From NCBI RefSeq assembly GCF_001194135.2, contig NC_068982.1, positions 47,359,733-47,419,240 on the forward strand: 59,508 bases of DNA. The letters run 5' to 3'. A program made the position numbers and the translations under genes. Positions 48,606 to 59,508 of this stretch are shown here, piece by piece (positions within the stretch are counted from its first letter, which is position 1; each line of letters opens with the position of its first letter). The notes under the pieces are model-generated. The model saw only the letters and a list, made by a program, of their open reading frames with translations. It was not told where the DNA came from and ran no database searches. Origin of the DNA: Octopus bimaculoides (taxonomy: Eukaryota).

Positions 48606-49299
48606 ACCTTATCGTGGATACTACCACGGTGTTTAAGGCAAAATACTCTTGAATTACACTGTCTAAAAAAAAAAATTACCCGTATTTTATTACCACAAAT
48701 CAATAATTCCTGTGTGGTAGTGTATGTTAATATTAAAGTTGTATTTTTTTTATTAGATTAAAAGCAATGAAAAAAAATTAACCGCTGTCTATCTTTTAAC
48801 AGATGTACCTTCTCATTAATTCGTTAAATCGATTGTGTACTCTCTCTCTCTCTACGAATGAATGAATGTTGCTGGCGTCATGAGAATTTAAAAAAAAAAA
48901 AACTTCGAGAACGCGAAATAATTCTTTTTAGGAACCATGAATCTCGAGGAAAATAATGTTCACACGAGATGTAAATTTGAGTTACACGAGTCGCCTTCAA
49001 CATTGTCTATCTAATGAATTTTAACACAATATTTACATGCTATTATTTATAGTTTTATTTGCTTCAAGGTTTACCGTTCCTATATAGCTTTCAGGGCCGA
49101 AAAGAACATTAAATCGCCCCTATCGTTTCTGGTTTCACTGGATGATTTTATAAAATGCAAGATATTAGAAAATTTTGCTAGCCCCTAGTTCACCCCTCCA
49201 TTTCTTCGTGACAAGGGAAACTATTCGTGCCTCCTCACCTCCGTCCCATGCTCCTTTCACAGTGCTGCATAGCCGATTTTGAATGGAAAAAGTGAATTA

Positions 49300-49770
49300 A
49301 GAACGAAATGCAAACCTGGCCTCAGTGAAATTTGAACTCAGGATGCAAGGAGCCAGAATACTTACCGCGAAGCATTTGTCCGACGCCCAAGCGATTCAGC
49401 CAGTTAATCACCATAGAGAAAAACATGACCACACGTTTTTAATTGTGACAGATCCTATAACTATCCATACAAACCTTCCTTCCAATAACTTATCCCTTTC
49501 TGGAATTACTTTCTCGCTTACATTTTTCATCCTACTCACCCTCATTTGAAAGGTCTTGACTTGCAAGTTACCGGATGACATCACTGGTGCGGGTACCATG
49601 TAAAGCACACCCAATACACTCTATAAAATAATTGGCGTTAAGAAGGGCATGCAGCTGTAGAAACTGTACCAAACCTGACAGCAAAATTTGGCACAGTCTT
49701 TTGGCTTGACAGCTACCAAACTGTCCAACCCAGGTCTGTTAGTATGGAAAGGGGATGTTAGATGATTATG
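49300..49770. mobile_element. SINE A head (49300-49405, -) and RTE family D 3' end (49555-49770, +)
   Basis: GAAATTTGAACTCAG..GATTCAGCCAG; TTGGCGTTAAGAAGGGCATGCAGCTGTAGAAAC..GATGATTATGATG. Confidence 0.7.
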
Positions 49771-50075
49771 ATGTTTAATTGGAACACTAATTTCATTGTT
49801 ATTGAAGTACTGGAAACGAGGACAGTCTAGATAATGGTTGTGACAACAGATTACGAGCACAAGAATCCAGGAACTAAATATCTCTTAAATCACTGTTTAA
49901 TGCAGTGTTAAATATCTCTAAAATTACATAGTCATAATTAGTTCCGGGTTGAGTTGGAGCTTAATAAAATATTTCAGACGCGACAAACCACAGATTTCTG
50001 CGTCTGAAAACTTCTCCAGAGCGCAGGCCGGGTTAGGGTTTCATCTTTCTTTATTATTACTTTTTTTCCCTTCAG

Positions 50076-50454
50076 TGTGTGTGGAAAACGGCTGACCATG
50101 CGTGTAAATCACATCTCGCTACGCCACCTATGTTGTGTAAGGCAAAAACAAAAGCCGACACTGGTCAATACTGATGTTGTTACAAGCGTTGCTGCCAGGA
50201 CGCAAAGAAGTGGAAGAAATATCGCGAAGAATACTGACCATTGCTCTAACAGTTTCGTCACTCCAGCACACAGACTGTCGGAGAGAGCAGACAGTCGGAA
50301 TAAATACAAGGCATTGCAGTCGAAACTCAAACCATTCTACCATTGCAGCAACTAGACAATCATGCTTCTAAGTATGGTATTACAAAAACAAAGATTCCTG
50401 CATTTAGTTTTCATTCCTCTTCAATCGACGTCTTTAAATAATAATAAAAATAAA
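50076..50454 (+). other. Candidate terminal exon (frame unresolved)
   Basis: Strong acceptor TTACTTTTTTTCCCTTCAG at 50075, non-repetitive protein-like sequence, AATAAA at 50443 and 50449. Confidence 0.35.
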
Positions 50455-50893
50455 AACGAGATGATGACAACTGAAGGTCTTTTGCAATAGATCTGATGGA
50501 TCAAGTATAGCTTTGAGCTAAACAACTTTAGGTTTCCAGTAAGAGACCTTCTATGCGGTCACTTATTTTACTAAAAATAGCAACTAAATATCCCATTTCA
50601 AAAGAACATTCGAGTATCTATTCTTAGATCAAACCTCCTGGACAAAAGACACTAGTTTACGGCTGAAATCGTCTTTTCAAAGAGGTGTACAGAATCAGGG
50701 TTACAGCACGTTCGAAATTACATGACTATCGATCATCCATAAGACAAGCAACTAATGCAGTTTATAAAATTTAAAAGCAGCACATGAGTCACAATTTGTT
50801 TTGCAATTAACTGGCAATACATCTTGACAACCGTAACATCAATATTCAGATATTGGAACTAGAATATGAAAATGAACGAACATTAGGTTGACG

Positions 50894-50901
50894 ACTTACC
50901 T
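50894..50901 (-). other. Consensus splice donor AG|GTAAGT on the minus strand
   Basis: Plus-strand ACTTAC|CT. A single site, which could occur by chance. Confidence 0.3.
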
Positions 50902-51329
50902 ACGTACAACTCCTTCACTCCCGAGAGGAGCACGAGTGTGTTTATACATCATATAAAGGTAAATTTGTTCGTTAGTAGTAAAGGAAATGGTTCTCAATTT
51001 TTCTCTATTTGTAAAAGCCAACAATGTCTGTTAACCCAACATCATATTTCACTTATAATGTGCAACTCTTTGAGACTATATCTTAAGACCAAGATAGAAT
51101 ATACTTTCTTCCTCGGTTGATATATATATGAGAGAGAGAGAGAGAGAAAGAGAGATAGAGTGAGATAGATAAGGGTAAGATCCAGGGATAGGGAGTTAGT
51201 AAGCTTCAAGCAGTCCCTGGCAAGTATAGAAAACAAAGTGTATAATGTACCACTCGTTGAATTACATCAGAAGATCAGCTAAGAAACATACGTCACCTGC
51301 ATTTTGTTCCAGTTCCTAAATTTATATAC

Positions 51330-51374
<45 letters not shown>

Positions 51375-51857
51375 TACATCTGGTTTGCAAGATTCTTGAT
51401 GTGAATTCGTGTGTTGAAACAAATTTTGTCTTGGGAGTAATTACGCCAATAACATACGCACAGGTCCAAATTCACTTCTATGCTGTTAGTCAATTGGTTA
51501 AATATCTAACCAACTAACTCTAATCGATCGTTTGTCAAATGTATTGATTAAATAATTGATCGGTTGTTCGCCGCCGTTTCGAGACTTCCCTTTCTTCTTG
51601 CTTCAAGATCCGCTTTGTTTGTCTGAGAATTGGTCTTATGCTTGTATATAATATACATACACACGTATATAAGAAAACACGTGGTTCTGACTGCATTCAA
51701 ATGAGCTGTACATTTTATGTCATTAATACCAAATTATTTTCTCGAGCAATGTTTAAAAAAAAAAAAAAATCCATAGATCACACAAATAAATTAGAAGATA
51801 AATACATAACAAAATAAGACAAGAGACACATTGGGATTGCTTCACATGAATTAAATA

Positions 51858-51863
51858 TTTATT
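51858..51863 (-). promoter_or_regulatory. Candidate polyadenylation signal AATAAA ending the TE-free block
   Basis: Plus-strand TTTATT at the left edge of the U-rich (minus strand), TE-free 51.9-58.2 kb region. Confidence 0.3.
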
Positions 51864-54800
51864 TGTCCATTAATAGTACGTGTCAATAATATACACGACT
51901 CATTTTAGGTAAGACAATTCACAAGTTTGTATGTGTTTTCTACATACACTGTGGGTCTAGTATCCGGAAAAAATAGTAGAGGATAGGTTAGGATGAATTT
52001 AAGGACCCCAAAAGTCAATTTCATTAGTGTTTTTTCCTTTTGTGTTTTTTTTTCTTTATTTTTCCTTTGTCTTCACTAAAATATAAGTTGAGAGTGGGGG
52101 GAATGTTTTGAGGTCAGACTGATGAAAATCCAGTCATCTGGTCAGACTAAAAATAATTGATAGGAAATGTTTCGTAAGTAACCATACACCCCTGACTCAA
52201 CAGCAGTTATTTTCTTTCTCGTGCAGACTCTCTCCTTACAAACAACGAACTGTTTTGAAGTCTAAAAGAAGGGGAACGGCAAGAAAGGGAAGAGTGGATG
52301 GGTGGGTGTACGGGAAGAGAACGATAGGTGGCTTGTTTGTTTGTTTTGTGTGTTCTGAAGTTTTACCAAATTATTCCTCACCGATCTTTTAATGAGTATT
52401 AATTTGATATGAAACTGTCCAGCAACTCTTAAGAATACTTTTGTTTTAGCTTTTAACAAGGAGAATTTATGAAACATACTGGACAAAAATGATTTTTTTT
52501 TTCCTCCCCATTCAGTGGGGTGGAAATCAAACTTTGAAGTAAGGAAAGAATTAACACCTTCCCTCACCATCAATTGGAATCTGAAATACCAAACTGCTAA
52601 TAAAACGGACAAAAACAGACATTTCACAATGTTTTCTCATTAACACCTTAAACTACACATAACATAATAACACTAAATAATTTTATTTTTTACTGGTTAC
52701 AAAATAACTTCTGAAAACAAGTTCCACAGAGAAACTGGAAAGTGTGTTAGCAGAAAATTAGCTTGCTCTATAGCAAGCAGTCTTATTGGAGTATATAGGT
52801 TTTGTTATGCTAATATGTGAAAATGCTTATTATAGTTATTTACATAACTGCATTAAGTTCCAGTTTTCATTTGCCACAAAGTGTTGAGAGAAAGCTTTTC
52901 AAATTTTAGAGAGCAAAAAAAAAAAAAAAAAAAAAAAAATTGCAGCCTCTTAGAGGCTTTCTAAGATAACCAACCTCAGAGCAGAGATCAAAGGTCAAAA
53001 TGATATTTTCTTTTAATATCTACATCTCTCAATCAACACCTAGCAGTTGAGCAAACGTGAACTGAGCTAGCTAGCCTTATTTTCGTTTTCTTATACCGAT
53101 AGCTCTTAGGTCTCTCGCAGCTACTTTATTATTACTTGCCAGCAGTCTTTTATTTAACAGCTGCGAGAGAAAGTGGTACTGGTGGCGGTGTAAAAAAAAG
53201 AAAAGAAAAAAAAAAGGGAAATTATACCATTATCCAACAGTTAAGTCAAAAGTACTAATACATGCATGGGAAGCTCAGATTTCTTGGCCCATACTTGTAA
53301 GTTTTTAATTATAAATAACAGTGCTTCCGATGTAACAAATTGGCCCAAGACACCATCACAGCAAGTAGTCAGCATACAAGTGAATCATATTTTAAAAATA
53401 CATTGTTTAAGTAATATATATGTGTGTGTGTTGATTTAGTCCTCATATTAAATCTAGATAAAATTATTATTTTGCTTTATTTTCACATTTCAAAGTTTCT
53501 CTTGCATAAAATTTTATGCATGCATTTATATGCATACACACTCCAAAATGTGTGTTATGCAGAGAGAGAAAAGGTGCGAGGAAGAAGTAAAAACATCTGT
53601 TGATGGTTCTAATTTAGGTGGTCTGGTTTCAGAATTTGGAACATTCCCTTAATTTGTCCAATGTCAGCAACCAAAGCAATATATATATATATATAAATTT
53701 CACTCAGAGAAAGAAAAAAAAAAACTTCATGTAAAAATAATTTTTAGACATCAGCTAGATGATATATAAGAACTTTGGAACAAATAATTTTTATTTTTTA
53801 TTGAGAGGGACACTAACTGGGTGGAGATTGGGGGTTGGAGAGAGAGGTGGGGTTGGGAAAGGAACTTCCAGTTTGATTTTTTTTACAACTTTATAAAAGT
53901 TTTACTCCTGAATGAACACCCACCCATCCCACATACAAGCAGTTTACATTGACCAATGCTAAGAGTAAAAGAACCAGCTAAAACAGCACTTTGATAAGAA
54001 TAACTTCCCTGATTAGCTTAGTCAGTGGAAGTTGATTCCACAGCAATGGTATCAATTTTTTTTTTTTCCGTTTTTGTTTGGTTTTTAAAACTGAAAATCA
54101 GCTTTGCAACAAGAAAGACACTAATAGTGCAACAAACAAAATGCTAAGTATTGAATTCAAATGACCTGTGAGGAGAAGAAAGGAAAAGAAAAGCTGTATA
54201 TTGAGTAAAAGGTATATCAAAATGCATTGCTTGTTTGGAAGGTGAATATTCGTTTTTTTCTTTATTTTTAATAATAGCTGAAAATCTATCACATAACACA
54301 GACATGTCCAAGGACAGAGATTAAAATGGAAGTTCATTATACAGTTTGTCAGTATGCTTCAAGAGCATTTGTATAGGAGGAACACAAATTCTTGGAAAAA
54401 AACTATTCCAAGAAATAAATATATAAAGTTTATGCAACTGAAGTTATTTTTTTCTTTTGAAATGTATTAAAAACTGGTTTAGTCCCCCTATATGTTGTTT
54501 TTGAAAGACCAAATTAGAACAATGTGTGGTGATGTAATTTCAGTATTATGCTAACTTAATTGGACACCAACAAATTGCATAAACAAGAGCAAGCAGTTAA
54601 ATTCTCTATTAGATCGCTCATCATACAGAACAGTGAAAAGAATAGGGATTTAAAAAAAAAAAAAATTATTTGAACCAAAAGTCGTAACAGAAAAGGTATG
54701 ACTGCACATTTTGAAACAAGAGCAAGTCAATCTTCTTATTTTTAATTATTATTATGGAACTTAAATCTTCATGTTGCAAAAGGAATGGTTCTTGATATCA

Positions 54801-56470
54801 TTTGAGGGAATAAAAAAGAAAAAAAAGCAGACATAACAGCAGAGGCACTTGGTCGTTCAGTTACCATCATTTTGCATCACAATCTAGTACTCAATACTCT
54901 TCAGCTATCAGAGTGCAAGAGTTTTATTTGTTTATTTATTTTGCTTTGTTAAATCTTTTACCAAACAGAATATCTAAAATAAAAAGACTGTCTTATGCAG
55001 AAGACATTACAGTAGTTTATTCTTTTGGTTTCTTTATATCTCAAAATCTTGGACCTTTAAGGACAACAGAATATCACACATACAGAGGGGGGAAAAAATT
55101 AAGGGCTATCAAAGAGCAGTAGATGTAAATAGGCGAGGCTTTGTCAGTGTAATTTTGGTAAAGATTCAAAACAACCTCATTGTTTTGCTCATTAAATTTG
55201 GGAGAAGTTCTCAGGTGATTTATAAATTTTTTTTTGTAGTACAGTGGCAGATCCAGTTCTTTAACCTAAACTATCAGTAATTTTTTTTAGTCCTTTTTCT
55301 TTTTCAGAAAGAGAGAAAAGGTGTACTAAATACATTTATAACAGAATATAATTAACTTCAGATTACCTAAACCCCAGCCAAACATTTCAATATTCATAAG
55401 AGATGGAATGTAAGTTCCACAGAGATGNNNNNNNNNNNNNNNNNNNNNNNNNNNNNNNNNNNNNNNNNNNNNNNNNATATATATATATATATATATATAA
55501 AATTCTATGCTATCATGACAGTACAATTATGTTACAGTCACAAAATCCAAAGTTGCAGATCACTGATGACTAATGAAAGTGCAGACATTTAGCAAAAATG
55601 AAACACTAAATTGCATACAGATATTTCAAAGAGACATCACTGCAGAAACAGCAGCAGTATTCCAACTCCTCAGACATAACACTACCAATGATACTATCAT
55701 TGATATCTATGAGCTTAAAAATCAAAAATTTCCATAATATGTGTGTGTATGTGTGCATGTATATATAACATCTTTACTTTCAGGAAATTTAAACATATTT
55801 ATGTCAGCAGAAACAAAACAGGAGTGAAAAGGAGATTAGCTAGTTTCCATTTAACGAATGATCTGATATCAACACTATCTTGTTTCCATTTATTAAGCAT
55901 ATTATATCTTAGATTAAAGCTATTGGTAGATAGAGCTTAGAAAAACATGGTTGTTTGAATCAATTCAGAACAGCTTGACCAGATGGGATTACATGGTAAT
56001 ATTCTTAAAGCTTATCAGATGAATATTTTGCTATCTGTGTTATAAACATAACAGATTCAATTGCAATCCATTAATATCCCATACAATTAGGTTATCTATT
56101 TAAGATGCAGATTTGGAAGAAAACATTAATAAAAGAACTGATAGTTACAAGAGAATATGCATATCTTTAGTGTTTAGTACATCTGTTAAGGTATATAAAG
56201 CTTTTTGAAACATTTAAAAATAATAATAATGATGATGATAAATAAATAAATAAGAGACCAAGATGGAACCAGTGCAGAATAGGCTTTGGAAAGTTTAGAT
56301 TATGAATTTAATCCAGATTAAATAAATATAGAGAAAGATGCAAGGAGATAGTTACATAAATACATGAAATAAATATAATCTGCACAAATCCAAAAGAAAA
56401 AAAAATAAAGTGAAAAGAAAATGTTTAAAGTAATTTTAGACTCAACTGATGTACCAGACAGCCTTACTAA

Positions 56471-56526
<56 letters not shown>

Positions 56527-58185
56527 ACCAATAAGCTAAACAACCATGCTAATTCTGCTACATATAAGTCTAAGTTTGGTGGAGCAACAAATTATGAACA
56601 GAACTATCAGCAACCTAAAATTAACACCTGCTACACAATATCTTTATACTTTTCTCTCTCTCATAAATACCTATCTATATCTATGTATATCTATATATAT
56701 AAAATCACTTATTTTTTTGAACCAATCTAAGAATAATGTTGCAAGTTCACAATGACCAATTCTTTTTTTTTTAAGACTAAATATTAAAGTATGCAAATGA
56801 AAAATAAGAACACAAATTAGCAGCACAATGCAAATCAACAGTTAACACCAGCAGCTAGGAAATAGTATGCAGTAACATTAACATTTAGCCTTGATGCACA
56901 TAGTGGTCTACTGGAGCAGAAAGGGTAAAAGAAAAAAAACAAAAAAAAAACAAACAAAATGAAAAATAATTACTCCATGTCAACACAATTAAAATACTAT
57001 TTTTGCAAAACCATTAAATTCGTGGCAGTGCTTAAAATGTCTGACGTTGGAACCACAGTCAGGAAACATTCAAGATAGGGTCTTGATTAGCAGAAACTTT
57101 TATGATTTACTTTCGATACAGATTTTAATTTTGGAATGGTTAATTTGTTAAATATTTGATTACTAACTTTTTTTTCCATAGATATTTAAAAATCTCAATA
57201 AAGGATCCCATAACTAATGCAAGATATAATGCTACCATACATGTAATGTTTCAATTAATGACATATCCAAGTTAGTAAATTTGGGACCAAACCAAACAAT
57301 GTCAGTGGCTCTCTTCAGTAAATACTGAATAAATCTATCCAGGTAGACAGAAACTGGTATCCACTTATATAGGACTGTCTATAATGGATACAAATTTCAA
57401 TTATATTTTGATAGCAAACCTTCTTTTAGAAGTTAAAATCTTTGGAAATACTAAATGGGAAAGCTAAAGCTTTCTTACTGCATTAAATAAGCTTGAAGAG
57501 AGGAGGGGTTGAAATTAAATGCTAGTCTTGCTTTGATATTTAGCTAAAATGTATTTTCTTTTTGTTCCGTTCTGTATATTTTAAAATAAAGGTTGGAATA
57601 ACCAAGACAGAATTATTTTGATTGTCTTTTTAAAGTAGACATTCAATGAATAGCAGCATCATAAAGTAGAGCTATATGTATATATAATGTATATAAGTCA
57701 AATAGAGAAAGCAGAAAAAGAAAATTAAAAAGGGTAAGCTACTAAATAGAAAGATGAACTGAAATTACTCAAGAGCAAATTCAACACAATCAAAGTAAAA
57801 TGGCAGACAGAAAATTTAAGGCAGTGTCGGCAACTACTGGAATAAATTGATAGTGAAAATTGAAAAATAAGGTCTAGTTGGGAGGAGGGAAATGGTAAAG
57901 CTCGAGAAATAAAATTTGCAACAAAGTCAAAAGTAAACAAATACTGAATATTAGAAACCTAAAAAATAAAAAGAACTGCTTAAGGTTTCTCTACCAAATA
58001 GAACAAAAGCAGAAGGGCATAAAAAAGGTAACCTTCAGATAAATTTATAGATAAATTTTCAGCAATTTAAATTCAACTTCCTCCATAAGAAAATAGTAAG
58101 AGAGTAGACAGTAACCTCACATCTAAACCAACATTTCATAAACATGTCCAACACTTTATATTTTCATGGCAGCAGGCAACAAGGA

Positions 58186-59508
58186 TTCTGTTACAGAAGA
58201 CCAAATGGTTGTTCTTAGCTAATTTCAATATGGCTATTTCAAATCTAAAATTGGATTTTTTTCTATCATGTCTAGATTTTGTGTAAAATGTAAATTTCTG
58301 AGTAAAGTTTCCTACAACATCTAGATTTTGGTTCTAATCAGCTTAATGCCCATAAGATGAAACTTGCTTTTCAAGGTTGAAGCAATTTTTGTTTGACAAC
58401 TGTATACAAGTTCTAACTATTTTGATCAATAAAATTTATCCCTAGTTGGCAACACTGAGTTAAGAGCATAATAAAAGACCATGGTCGGTCACTACGAGAC
58501 AGTCAAGTAAAGCATTCGTTGAAGTTCTCTGCTGGTGATGAAGTAACAGACTGTGGTAACGTGTTTTTATAGCATTTGTTTTGTACTATGGTGTGTATTT
58601 CTTTTTACTTTGTACATCATAATTATTACTTTCTACATTTTTCCCCGGATATTGTAGGGTAATTAAAATGCAATCAAATAGACGTGCTTGTGTAAATCAC
58701 CCAGACAACTTCTGTTATATTCGGGAAGAATACACACCTAAGACAAAACAAAGATTAAACTTGCCTAGAAATATTATTTTGACTAAGAGAGAACTAGAGA
58801 GGGATTGGACATCACATATTAGCTGTGAACAGTGCAATGCAATGTTAATAGCTTGGATGAATTGTGAAAGAAAAGCTATGCCATTCTCAGTTATTTTTAT
58901 TTGACAAAGATTGCTGGTTTCACAAAAATAAAGTCAAAAATCATGTGCCCAAACTGTGAGTCAGCAATAAAACCAGTACCACATGCTCAAACAAATCCAC
59001 CACCAGTTCCACCAGCAACGACAACAGACAGCAGTTCATCTGAAGATTCTGCAATTGATACAGAAACAGGGAAAGCTGCAACTAGTACCCCACATTTGTT
59101 AGGTTAAGTGGATGTTAAATGATTTAGTGTGCAATTTGGAATTGCCAAAAAAAAAGGCAGAGTTGCCTGGTTCCAGACTTCAAACACCAAAGTTTCCCAT
59201 TTCCAATATCGTCATTTGCAGAATGGAGGAAAACGTTTGTTTCTGCTATGATATCAGTGGCCTGATGGAAAAGATTGGCTTTCGCTATGACCCAAAAGAA
59301 TGGAGACTGCTTATTGACTTTAGTAAAGCTAATTATAAAGCTGTATTACTGTACAATGGCAATGAAAAACCTTCATCCCTGTTCACTAATCATCTACGTA
59401 TGCTTAACATAAAACGTGGCATGGAAAAATATTCTTAGTGTAATAGAAGTGGGTAAGAAAAAAATGAAAAATGTGGGTTTTCATTTACACAAAATCTGGA
59501 CGAGATAG
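58186..59508 (+). mobile_element. Chapaev3 (CMC superfamily) DNA transposon, internally deleted; right TIR runs off the window
   Basis: Frameshifted transposase CVNHPDNFCY..WTSHISCEQC..AMPF / KIMCPNCESAIKPVPH / LNDLVCNLELPKKKAELPGSRLQ..YDPKEWRLLIDFSKANYKAVLLYNGNEKPS. The window end ATTTACACAAAATCTGGACGAGATAG is the reverse complement of CTATCATGTCTAGATTTTGTGTAAAAT (58262-58288). Confidence 0.8.

Noticed and set aside
50455-50500. SECIS element for the TGA at 50172
   Set aside because: ATGA..AA..TGA motifs are present but helix II does not pair, and the segment resembles a family E repeat tail.
55563-55590. CTGATGA..GAAA hammerhead-like string (also 7127, 52118)
   Set aside because: No stem II/III pairing; chance matches.
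56791-56835. Two ATGCAAAT octamers 37 bp apart
   Set aside because: Expected by chance a few times per window at this AT content; no supporting context.
1-59508. Horizontally acquired or prokaryote-type system (defence island, operon, phage)
   Set aside because: No intact long ORFs other than a dead Tc1 fragment and no operon-like gene density; every protein-like segment I could identify belongs to known eukaryotic TE superfamilies.

Overview
This is eukaryotic, AT-rich, repeat-dense genomic DNA with about 14 assembly gaps (N runs). It is not prokaryotic: there are no operons, rRNA, intact tRNA genes or CRISPR arrays. The tRNA-headed SINE families and RTE tails resemble repeats I recognise from Octopus, so coleoid cephalopod origin is an inference. 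Almost every ORF in the supplied track is spurious (microsatellites, N runs, antisense SINE). The recognisable protein-like sequences are decayed transposon genes: Tigger/pogo, an IR/DR Tc1 with DD35E spacing, mariner, two hAT clades (Tip100/ZMYM-like and Buster-like), Chapaev3, probable Merlin, Penelope RT plus GIY-YIG, RTE and CR1-like LINEs, a non-autonomous Helitron, Helentron-like elements, and about 25 copies of one SINE family. No complete host gene can be called. There are a few candidate exons (30.4, 48.1, 50.1, 50.9-51.6 kb) and a roughly 6.3 kb TE-free, CpG-depleted block (51.9-58.2 kb) that looks like a long minus-strand 3' UTR. I found no convincing novel multi-gene system. The best leads are the DD35E Tc1, the inverted Penelope arrangement with a hammerhead-like motif, fold-back SINE structures, a Cys-rich candidate exon interrupted by TGA, and the TE-free block. 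Most repeat boundaries are read by eye (about +/-20 bp unless TIR/TSD are given).
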